A DNA stretch of 64,000 nucleotides from positions 13,547,201 to 13,611,200 of the forward strand of contig NC_083435.1 of NCBI RefSeq assembly GCF_020745735.1, written 5' to 3'. The DNA is from Hemiscyllium ocellatum. Lineage: Eukaryota. Positions 11,398-23,270 of the stretch are shown one piece after another (positions within the stretch are counted from its first letter, which is position 1; every line of letters starts with the position of its first letter). The notes beneath the pieces are model-generated. The model was not told the DNA's origin. It made no database searches and worked only from the letters and a program-made list of their open reading frames with translations. Both the position numbers and the translations under genes were made by a program.

Positions 11398-13559
11398 GGA
11401 TAACCTATATTGACTGGGATACCGGATAATTTTATTACCATTTGGAATATAAAATCAAATTATGAATGAAATAATTCTAGTTGGTAAATGGAAACAAAAA
11501 TGTGCAGTGTGTACTAACACAGCTTGTATGTCCTTCGTTTACTCTATGCAAATTTATATCTATGGCCATTAAAATACAAGAGTTTGTGTTATTGAAGTAA
11601 TAAAATACATTCATTGAAAATGCAAGTCTGATGAATTTGCCTTGTCTCACATACTCACTTTAAGCTTGATCTGCTGTCTAATGGAACAACAAAACCAATT
11701 TTCTGTTCAATTTTGTTCAGTTTTACACTGTCATGTTTTTTCAAGGAAAGTCAGGAGTAGGATGAGTGATGACAAGTGCTATGTAACATCGATTGCACAA
11801 ATATCAGAAAACCAACCCTGAACGCGCAAGTGAAGCATTTATAAATGTTAACGATTGGTTATTGCTTTTTATCCTTCATGAGTATTCAATTGAAATTGAT
11901 CTAATATAATTTGCTGAGAATTGTGTATGATCTCCTGATTTCGAATTGTTGTTCTACTGTGCAGCATAACGAAGGAGTTTACTTTGCTGGGAAACATTCT
12001 GGTTTCATGGATGTATTTTGCATTTTTATTGTCCCTTTTCGTTCTTTGCTCATTTCAACAATTGCAGCTGGGCTATGAAATGTTCTTCCTCTTTTTACTT
12101 TCACTGTGAACGTCAGAGATTCAGATGTCACGTACAGAACAGAAACAAAATCCTTCTATGGTTACCCCATAGCGAGATTCAACAGCACATTCGAAAGTAA
12201 ATACATGCTTTAAAGTGATTATTTTCCATATTTCCTACTATGTTTTATGATCTAATCCATTGCATTAGCAGGATTCTCATTGACCAATTTTGGCCATTCT
12301 GCTCTCTCACCTATCATGTTAAGTTTTGTAGAGGAAACCGTCGAAATACATCTTCAATGTTGGGGTGTGGAGGGGACTTTGTTAGACAATGCAAAATATG
12401 AGCAATCAGTGATTCTCAGCCAAACATAGCTGATATTTACATGAAACATATTGTAATATTGTACTTGTAAAGAATATGATGGCATATATGGTTCTTTAAC
12501 TGAATCAGTTTTAGTGGTAAGTAATAGTGTAAAGACTCAAACTCTGTGGTTTCAAGGGGAAATACCTTAGTGTTTAATTTGGAACAAAAAAAAGCCAAGT
12601 GGTTGAGAAAAAAAAAGTAAAATCAGTGTCATCTTAGTTGCACATATCTTCTGATTACGTTTGAATTTGCTTCTGTGATGTGGCCAAAGCTGCAAATTTA
12701 CATTCTTGTGCAACACATTAACATGAGGCTATTGTACAAAATACAATGTCTGGCTTGTTTTTGTTTTGCATTTGATTCCCGAGTCGTGCTGAAGCCAGAA
12801 TATGAAGACAACAACATATGAATTAAAAGGGGTAATAAGCCCTTTCGAGTCTGCTCTGACATTCAATCAAACCAATGCTGAACTGAATACCACATTTTCC
12901 ACCTTGTCTATTCTTGAGAACTTTTGATCTTTTGCCTAACACAATTCGACCTATTTTCACCTCAGAAGTATTAAAAGACACCATCTTCATCAATTTTCCA
13001 AAATCTAACGAACTTGAAATTGAAATCAATGCATCTACCATGTCAAAGTCCACCTTCCTAAAGATGGACTTTAGGAACGATCTCTATCACGAATCAACAT
13101 GGAGCTACAAAATTTTGGTCAGTATCACTTGCCTAGAGGTTATATGCTTGTTAAGTTCCTCACCTACCGTAACCTCCTTAGTAATTGTGACTGAACATTT
13201 ATGTATCTTTACATAAATATATGCATTTCCCTTCTTTATTTACCACGATAACAAGAAGGTTATCTGATAAACTATAAACAAGTGAAAGCAATTCCCTGCG
13301 ACCGGGACTATATTCATTGGTTTTTAGAAAAGTATTATAGAAACATATAAAATTATGAAGAGAATAGATATGATAGATGCAGAGAGGATGTTCCTACTGG
13401 CAGGTTAAACGAGGAGAAGGGCGTTAGGCAAAAACATTCAAAAGCTGATATGGACAAACGTTCACACATAAAGGGATGGCTGGAAAATGGAAAGCCTTCA
13501 GACATTAGAAAACGATAGTCCAGAGACAGTATATTCTGGTTGGGTGAAAGGCAAGTCTT

Positions 13560-15545
13560 GTAGGTGTAGGAAATGCTGGATGACTAAGAAATTGAGAGTT
13601 TGGTTAAGAAAAAATAAGGAAGCATAAATCAAATATAGAAAAGATAGATCAAACGAATGCTTAGAAGAGCATAAGGGCAGTGCATGTATACTGAAGAGGG
13701 AAATCTGGAGGGCAAAAAGGTGGCATGAGATAGCTTTGTCAAATAGAGTTAAGGAGAATCCAAAGTGTTTTTACAAATACGTTTAAGACAAAAGGTTAAC
13801 TAGGGAGAGAATCGGGCCCCTCAAAGATCAGCAAGAGAGTCTTTGCGTGGCATCACAAGAGATGGGGGAGATACTAAACGAGCCATTTGCATCAGTGTTT
13901 ACTATCGAAAAGGACATACAAGATATAGAATTTTGGGAAACAGATGGAGACATCTCGAAAAGTGCCCATATTACAGAGGAGGAAGTGCTGGATGTCTTGA
14001 AATACATAAAAATGGATAAAGCCACAGGACGTGATCAGGTGTGCTCTAGAGCTCTGTGGGAAGTAAGGGAAGTAACTACTGGGGCCCTGATTGAGTTATT
14101 TGTAGCATTGGTAGTCACACGTGAGGTGCTGGAAGACTGGAGGTTGGCTAATGTGGTGCCACTGTTTAAGAAGGGTGGTAAAGATAAATCAGGGAACTAT
14201 AGACCAGTGAGCCTGACGTTGGTGGTGGGCAAGTTATTGGAAGGAATCCTCAGTGACAGGATGTACATGTATTTGTAAAGACGAGGACCAATTAGGGATA
14301 GTCAGCATGGCTTTGTGCATGGGAAATCATGTCACATCATCTTGATTGAGTTTTTTGGAAGAATTCATGAAGAGGATTGATGAGGGCAGAGCGGTGGAGG
14401 TCATGTATATGGACTTCAGTAAGGGGTTTGACAAGGTTCCCCATGGGAGATTTGTTAGCAAGTTTAGATGGAATACGGGGAGAGCTAGCCATTTGGATAA
14501 AGAACTGGTTCAAAGATAGAAGACGGAGAGGGTTGGTGGAGAGCTGGTTTTGAGACTGGAGGCCTGTGACCAATGAAGTGCCACAAGGATCGGTGCTGGG
14601 TCCACTACTTTTTGTCATTTATATAAATGATTTGGACGGGAGCAGAAGATGTATACTTAGTAAGCTTGCAGATGGCACCAAAATTGGAGGTGTAGTGGAT
14701 AGGAAAGAAGGTTACTTCAGATTAGAACGGGATGTTGATCAGATGGGGAAATGGGCTGAGGATTGGCAGATTGAGTTTAATTTAAATAACATGAGGTGCT
14801 CAATTTTGGGAAAGCAAAGGTTAGCAGAACTTAGACATTTAATGGTAAGTTCCTAGGGAGTGTTGCTGAACAAAGAGACCTTGGAGTGCAGGTTCATAGC
14901 TCCTTGAAAGTAGAGTCACAGAGAGATAGGATAGTGAAGAAGACGTTTGCTATGCTTACCTTTATTGGTCAGAGTTTTGAGTACAGGAGTTGGGAGGTCA
15001 TGTTGTGCCTGTACAGGACATTGGTTAGGCCACTTTAGAAATATTGCACGAAATTCTGGTCTCCTTCCTATCAGAAGGATGTTGGAAAACTTGAAAGGGT
15101 TCAGAAAAGATTTACAAGGATGTTGTCAGGGTTGGAGGATTTTAGATATAGGGAGAGGTTGAATAGGCTAGGGCTGTTATAGAGGTTTATAGAATCATGA
15201 GGGGCATGGATAGGATAAATCTTTTCCCTGGGGTGGGGGAGTGCAGAACTAGAGGGCAAAGGTTTAGGGTGAGAGAGGAAAGACATAAAAGAGACCTAAG
15301 GGGCAACATTTTCACGCAAAGGGTGGTATGTATATGGAATGATCAGCCAGAGGAAGTGGTGGAGGCTAGTACAATTGCAACATTTGAAAAGCATCTGGAT
15401 CAGTATATGAACAGAAAGGGTTTGGAGGGATATGGGCCAGGTGCAGTCAAGTGCGACTAGATTGGGTTGGGATATCTAGTCAGCGTGGACAAGTTGGACC
15501 GAAGGGTTTATTTACGTGCCATACATCTCAGTGACTGTATGATTC
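13560..15545 (+). mobile_element. CR1 ORF2 (RT) fragment, frameshifted
   Basis: DWRLANVVPLFKKGGKDKSGNYRPVSLT, VPQGSVLGPLLFVIYINDL, KLADGTK and the 3' tail; smaller CR1 3' pieces flank it (about 13380-13550 and 15545-15830). Confidence 0.93.
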
Positions 15546-16959
15546 ATAGCCTAAGAATTAGGGGGAACAGATTTAGGACTGAACTGAGAAAAAAATCTCT
15601 TCACCCAGAGGGTTATGAATCTATGGAATTCCCTGCCCAGTGAAGTAGTTGACACAACTACTATAAAATGCTTTTATAGCATATATATGTGAACAACGAT
15701 GGAACAAAGGGATACAGTGAGAGGGAGGGTAAGTGGAGCTGAGGTCACAAAATGATCAGCCATGATCTTATTGAATGGTGGAGCAGGCTCAAAGGACCAG
15801 ATGGCCTACTCCTGCTCCTAGTTCTTATGTTCTATTAAAGTTTGATAGTCATTACAATTCAGATCTCTCATTAAACCAATTCTCTATGTATGAATGTACA
15901 GACCAACAATTCAGGGCTGCAACTACTATGATGACAAATGCGTTTAATTATTGTTTCCTTCCTGAATGACAAGAAACACGTTTCTTTTCAAACAGCTGTA
16001 AATATTAACAACTGAAATAATATTAAATGAATTCGAAATAGATTCTTCCTCTGCAAAGCTAAAACAATGCTTCTGAGTCTGACTAATAATTATGTCATGT
16101 CAAGCCAAAGAACAATTTTGCACAAACAATACATTTATCTGTTACCTTAGCCAATTTAATAATTAAACATATTTCAAAGCGCTCTTCAGCCTTTATCATG
16201 CATATTTTTGATGAAGCAGTACACAGAGGTACAGCCATTCTCAACCAAACGTATTGTCCTGATATTATCTTTCCAATTGTTAATATTCCCCATTGAACTA
16301 AGCGTTGTTTTTCAAACCAACGTGTAACTGACGTCATATGGCAGCAGAACTATTTTTCATCACCACATCATTTGACTTGCCATGTATATTAATTAAATAA
16401 TTAAAGCACATTGCGTTACAAATGGCGTTTTGCAAAGTCGATTTTACCCTGCACAAATGAAAGTTCCCCTCTACAGTTTTGTTTTATTTGAATTAGCTTC
16501 AAGAAGATGTTAAAAAGGTAGTAAAACTATATTTTAGGGAAGTCTGGTCAGTGCAAAATGACTAATCATTTCATGTTGTACCTTTTGGTCAGACACAGAA
16601 ACGGATTTCACCCTGTACTTCAGTCTGCAATACAGTAATCCCCAAAGTCCTACTCCTGCATAGAGAGAGACGAGTAGTTATGAGGACAACAACACCTCAG
16701 GGAAACGGTTCGGTCAATAAGCCTGCACTTTTATGGTGAGCCCAGCTAGTATGAGAATTGCCCATGTGCTCTTGACTACACTCTGCATTGCACACCTGCC
16801 ATCCAGCCAACTGAGCTAACTAACAACTGATTGTATCATTCACTGTGCAAAGTAATGCTTATAACGTGGGTTTAATGGCTGGGTTAACCACGAATGTCCC
16901 TCTTTTTCAACCTCACCCCTCACCTGAGGCCTGAAGACCTTACTGTTAGACTTACCACC

Positions 16960-18320
16960 AGTCATAGAGATGTACAGCACGAAACACACCATTCTATCCA
17001 ATTCATGCATGCTGGCCGGATATCCTAACCTAATCTAATCTGATTTGCCAGCACTTGACCCTTTCCCTCTAAACTCTTCCGATTCATATACCCATTCAGA
17101 TGCCTTTGAAATGTCTTAATTGTGCCAGCCTCCACCACTTCCTCTGGCAGTTCATTCCAGACATGCACCACACTCTGTGTGAAAAGTTTGCATCTTAGTC
17201 CCTTTAAAACGTTTCCTCTCTCACCCTAAACCTATGACCTCTAATTCAGGACTCTCCCACCCCAGGGAAGAGACCTTGTCAGTCTATCCTATCCATACCC
17301 CTCATAATTTTATAAACCACTATAAGGTCACCCCTCAGTTTCCAATGCCCCTGGGAAAACAGCCCCAGCCTGTTCAGCCTCTCCCTACTGCTCGGACCTT
17401 CCAATCCTGGCAACATCCTTGTAAATCTTTTCTGGAACCCTTTCAAGTTACACAACATCCTTCCGATAAGAGGGAGACCAGAATCACAGAAAATATTCCA
17501 AAAATGGCCTAATCAATGTCTTGTACAGCTGCAACATGACCTCACAACTCCTATACTCAATGACCTGACCAATATAGGAAAGCACACCAAACACCTCCTT
17601 CACTATCCTATCTACCTGCGATTCCACTTTCAAGGAACTATGAACTTGCACTCCAAAGTCTGTTTGTTCAACAACTGTCCCTATGACCTTACCATTAAAT
17701 ACATACATTATGTTCTGATTTGCCCTACCAAAATGCAGCATCTCGCATTTATCTAAATTAAACTCCATCTGTCACTCTTCAGCACATTGATCCATCTGAT
17801 CAAGATCCCGAAGTAACCTTCTTCACTGTCCACTTCACCTCCAATTTTGGTTCACCTGAAACATTATTAACTTTACCTCCTATGTTCACATTCAATCATT
17901 TATATAAATGACAAAAAGTAGTGGACGCAGTACAGGTACTTGTGGCACACTACTGGTCACAGCCCTCCAGTCTGAAAGGCAACCCTTCATCGCCACTCTC
18001 TGTCTTCCACCTTCGAGTCAGTTTCTGTATCCAAATGGTAAGTCCTCCTTATGTTCCATGTTATCTAAACTTGCTAACCTGCCTACCATGGGGAACCTTG
18101 CCGAATGCTTTACTGAAGTCCATAGACCACGTCCACTGCTCTGCCCTCATCAATCCTTTTTGTTACTTCTTCAAAAACTTCAATGAAGTTAGTAAGGCCT
18201 GTTTTCCCGCCCACAAAGCCGTTTGACTATCCCTAATCAGTCCTTGCCTTTTCAACTACATGTAAATCCTATCTCTCAGGAATCCCTCCAACAGTTTGTC
18301 CACCACTAATGTCAGACTCA
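16960..18320 (-). mobile_element. CR1 3' half
   Basis: MEFNLDKCEMLHFG...LYKTLIRPFLEY and the CR1 3' UTR. Confidence 0.9.
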
Positions 18321-19059
18321 CTGCAATCCTCTCTGATGAGAGCGCAGTCCTCTGGGCTATAATGACATTCCCTTTTTCTTACAAATCTATCAATCTATTC
18401 TCTGAACATAAGTGACTGCTTATTTTTCATCTGCTACTTCAACCAAGTAACTCAATAATCTGATATACATAATAAGCCCTCGTTCAAAATGTAAAAATCA
18501 GCAATTAAGTGTTTCAAGACCAATTTTATTCCCTCAACATTGTTAGCTGTAAAAATAATCTCAATGTAATCCATTTAGTGTAACATTAAACCTTCACCTG
18601 AATGCTTAGACTTAAGTCATGTTGTTAATTTGCAATGTTAAAAGAAGTCATTGTATGTTATGGCTTAAACTTTAATTTAACGCTAGAGATTGTGGAGCCC
18701 GACGCTGTTAACTGGAATTGTATTTACCCTCATCCACAGTCATCCTGGAGCTTTGCATTAGAGTTTGCAGATCGTAGAATTTGAAAGGACCAAAATTCAA
18801 TCTATTATTTAAATTACAGCGTGAAAGATATGGTGGAGCTATTCTACGAGAAGTTCCGCTGCAAATGAGGTGAATATATATCTATCCGGCACCAATCCTT
18901 TAAATAAGTCCATACTCTGTGGTTCGTCAGTTCAGCGCACATTTCTGGACTGCCGTAAATAAGGAAGTCAGATGGGCGTGTGTTTAATCAATCAAACAGT
19001 TCGATGTTTTTCTGAGACTCAAAGAAACTGAAACATGTATACATACAATATATACACAT

Positions 19060-19590
19060 GCAAATTAGAAGCAGGTGGAGGCCATTCAGGTCGTCGAGAT
19101 TTCTCTGCCATTCAACAGGTTCATGGGGATGATCTCACTATAACCTAATATCCACATTCCTTTTCACCACTGATAACCCTTTACCCCATCGGGTTAACAA
19201 CAATCTATCCATCTCTGCTTTAAATGAAAACGGAAGAATTCTTCTTGCACATACCTTTCAAGAGGAGAGATCATAAGTCTCATAATAGAGAAAAAAAAGC
19301 CTTGCTTATATTTTAAATGGACAACACGATTTTCTCGCAGGAGCAACCTAGTCCCTGTTTCTTCCTTAAGGCAAAGCATCCTCTCACATTTATCCTGTCA
19401 AGAGCCTTCAAGGTCATATATGTTTCAATCAAGTCACTTCCAAGCATCCAAAACTTCAGGGGATGCAACACGAGGCAGTACAAACTTTCCTTTAAGATGA
19501 CATAGTTATTTCTGGTATCCATCTAATAATTCTTCTCTGAACTGCTTCCAACATTTTAAGGTCCTTCCTTAAGTAAAGTGATCAAAACTG
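19060..19590 (-). mobile_element. CR1 3' fragment
   Basis: GSDLIETYMTLKALDR and a CR1-type 3' UTR. Confidence 0.7.
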
Positions 19591-20079
19591 CATAGTACTA
19601 CAGATGTCAGAGTCGGAAACAGTAATGTTTAATACGGTTCAGTAAAGGTATATGACCACTGTGAATGAGATTTAGCTTGACTGAGATAGCGGAGAGTTAT
19701 ATCTGGAAATTTGGCTCAAAGAGGCCTTTGAAATCGTAAGTCTTTTCAATTTTACAGTAAAAGCAAGATTCTGACCTTGAAATAACAGCCTTTATGTAAG
19801 TAAAGGTAACTTCTTTAAACAGGCAGCTGTTTGACAGTAGCAGTTCACTTTCAATAATCTGAAATCTCTAGCCTGCAGAAGGTTTTATTTATACCAGAAA
19901 AGAGCTAAGTTATCAAGTCGTTAATGGCAACTCTATATAAGGAAGGGATTTTTAATGTGTGCGATCATGAAGATCACGACTTCACCTGAGTGAAAAAAAA
20001 TCACAAAACACTAAGTTACAGTCCAACAGGTTTATTTGGAAGCACTAGCTTTCGGAGTGCTGCTCCTTTATTAGTTAGT

Positions 20080-23000
20080 TGTGGAGTATAAACTTATAGT
20101 CTAAACAGAATGCAGTCAACAAAGGAAGCAAGGTTTATGTATGGTGACAAAGGCTAGATAAGTGGAGTGTGTGGTCAGTAATATTTGGGAAATCATGACC
20201 TCTGAGAATGACTTAGATGAGCAAATGTGCAGGAAGTTCTGCCACCTGCAGAAACTTTATCCTCCAGTTGTCAGAGTTCGAATGGTTGGAGTTAATGTGG
20301 CTCTTCTGTGGGTCTGAGTTTTGTGAGCCTGTGAGCTTGGTAGCACATTCAGCGGGGTGTCACACTGTAGCTAAAGCACGTAGAGGCAGAAAGGAGATGG
20401 GTGACCCACAAGTAATTCCGGAGAAACAAGCAGGTGGCGCAGGAGTCCCCTTATATCAGTCCTGCTAATTGTGTTTTTCACGATTTTGGAAATTGATGAC
20501 GTCACTTGTTCCACAACGGAATGCAGTCAGAGGTTGTTTATGGAACTACTAAGTGGTCAGCTGTATAGGAATGGTGGCAGATGAGTGTTGGTGGGGGGAG
20601 GGGTGCGGTGGTGGTGCAGGGATATGGGAAGAAGAAAGGAGGACCAATTCACTACTGAATGGAACAGACAGGCATTTCTATGGCCGTAGAAATGACTCCC
20701 GGATGGAAAGCTGTCTACCCAGTAGCACAGTTAAGGATGTCATAAACTGGTTGCAGAAAAGTTCATCTGGGGAGCTCAAATACATAAACGTCGTGTTCTA
20801 CATTGATACTAATGATCTGGCTGGGAAGGTGGATGTATTACTGCAATCAGGAATTAGAGAGTAAATAGAAAAAAGTAAGCATGTTGCCATAATAGTGCAG
20901 AAGGAAACATTTCAGATACTAGAAAAAAATGGATTATCCCCGAGGAACGATGTTACGTGTACAAGATAAAGGTTGCACAAGATCAAAGCTGATACTTATT
21001 CCCTCGCACCGTATCTTGCTGTTGCTAATTTGGTAGGTGAATAGAATCTAAAAGAGAGCATAAGAGAAGAATAACAAGAACGATAGATTAAAACGTGAAT
21101 TCAGAATAAGGCAAAAATGTAATTAAGGCTCGATGAGATTTTTTCTGTGTGTACGTGAATAACGTTGGAGAGTGGTAGCTGCAGATTGCAATGCACAAAT
21201 TTGTTTTGGTAATAACGGGATATCGACTGAAAGATAGGCAATCCATGTGTTAAATATTAGTGGGCACAAGGTGTGTAGAAAAGATGTAAATAGAAGAAAG
21301 GCAGTAGGATGGCAGTATTCATTGTGGAATGCATTGCAGACCCGGAGAAAAAAGGATGTCTCAGAATCTCTACGCAAGAGAAAGGCGCAGGGAAGCCTTG
21401 GAAGGTGGGAGTGTTGCTTGCCTAATACTCCATGAATGGAAAAGTGGTGTTTTGGGGTCCGAGCTTCAAATTTCAATGTAGCGATTAGAATTTATGTTAA
21501 ATACAGCACCTGAAATTAAAAGTCTAGTGATGACCAGCAAACAATTATCAATTTTCCCAAAAAATCCTTCTGGTTCACAAATGCGCTTTAGAGAAGGAAA
21601 ACTTCTGTCCTAATCTGGTCTACCCGCCCTGTTGACTTATGAGGTAGCAAGTGGCAAGCGTTCATAAATGGCTCAGATACTTTTAAGATATATTCCAGTA
21701 ATCCAGAAACGGAGGACAAACAAATCCAACGTTATTTGATATAAAAGAAGATGGAAATTCAGATAAAGAATAAAATGGGTGCTTATGACACGTGTCAGGC
21801 AGAGTAAACAACTGAGAATCGAGATGAATGCAATTAGTAAAAAGAGAGGTGAAAAAGCATGAAAGAAAAACAAGGCGGAAATAAAATGAGAATAGATTGG
21901 CAGTCAATATGTGAAGAATCCGAAAATCTTTTAAAAAGTTGCAAAAGGAGCAGTAGGACTGATCGAGGACAAAACGTAGAATTTGCACATGAAGTCAGGA
22001 CACATCTGAGCTGTTAAATTCGCATTTTTCTTGAACATGTACTTATATTCTACTTATCCTGGTGATGATGATTGTAAAATGATCTAGGGATAGGTCCAGC
22101 AATTGAAGACCAGTCAGTTTAAATTCCGTGGTGGAAAGCTCAGAGAAACAATTGTTCTGGATACAATTAGTAGACACACGTAGAAAGAAGGATTGAGTTG
22201 AAGAATCAGAATTGTGTTCTGAAGGGGAAATCGTGTTTAAGTAACATCAGAGCTGTTTTTTTATTGATTAGATAATAGTATAGGTTAATGAGAATAATGC
22301 GGTTGGTATTGTAAATATGGATTTTTAGAAGGCTTTTCACTTCTTATCAGACACAAATAAAAACTTGTGAAAAGGTTATAGCTCATGGACAAAAGGGTCA
22401 GTAGCAATGTGAACATGTGCGCTGAATTATAAGTAAAAGAAAGCAATAGTCAAGTGATATAGTTTGGGGTGGATGAAGGCAGTATTTCCTAAACTTCATT
22501 ATAAGGTTACTTTTTCATTTCCTTAATATATATTAATGATCTGGATATTGGTCTGCAGATGACAATTTCAACTCTTTTGAGCTACGCAGACACTGGAAGC
22601 ATTGTAAACGGTTTGGAACAGAGTATAGCACTTTAAAACAACATACACAATTTGGTGGCTTAGGCATAGTTAGCAAATGAAGTTTAATGCAAAATATTGT
22701 CAGGTCATATGTTTTGTAGGAAGAACACGGGCAGAGAATATGAAATAAGCAGTACAATTGTAAACAGGGAGGGGGACCCGCTGGTTGTATTTATGCATAG
22801 ATCATTGAAAGTGGCAGTACAGCTGGAGAGCAGTTAGTAAAGCATACTGCATTTTTGGCATTATTAATAATGGTATAGAATTCAAGAACAGGAATGTAAT
22901 ACTGAGATGGAAGACTAGGAGGAGATTTGGTAGAATTTTTCAAAATCATAGGAGTCTGCATAGAGTAAACATACAAAAACTGTTTCCACTTGCAAATTGA

Positions 23001-23270
23001 TGAAGAATGAGAGGGCGCGCACTTGCAGTGAGTTGCCTAAAGGGCAAATGTGATGGAAGAGAAAAATAAAAAAAAAATGAATGGTTTTGAAACGCACTGT
23101 CTGTAAGTATGTTTAGAACAAATTCAATTGTGGCTTTGACGAAAGATGATTAATTAAATATAAACAATGTGCAAAGCAGTGGCGGTGCAGGGAGCAGTGA
23201 GAATGTCTCTGAAATATGATAAGCCACTGAAGAGTGGATAGGCCGAATGGCCTCCTTTTGCATCGTAATA
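20080..23270 (+). mobile_element. Old, heavily deleted CR1 retaining ORF1 (esterase-like) and ORF2 relics
   Basis: CLPSSTVKDV...VVFYIDTNDL (CR1 ORF1 SGNH-like motif CLPGA.V.DV...VVHIGTND) at 20553-20864, then degenerate RT and the 3' tail. Confidence 0.75.
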
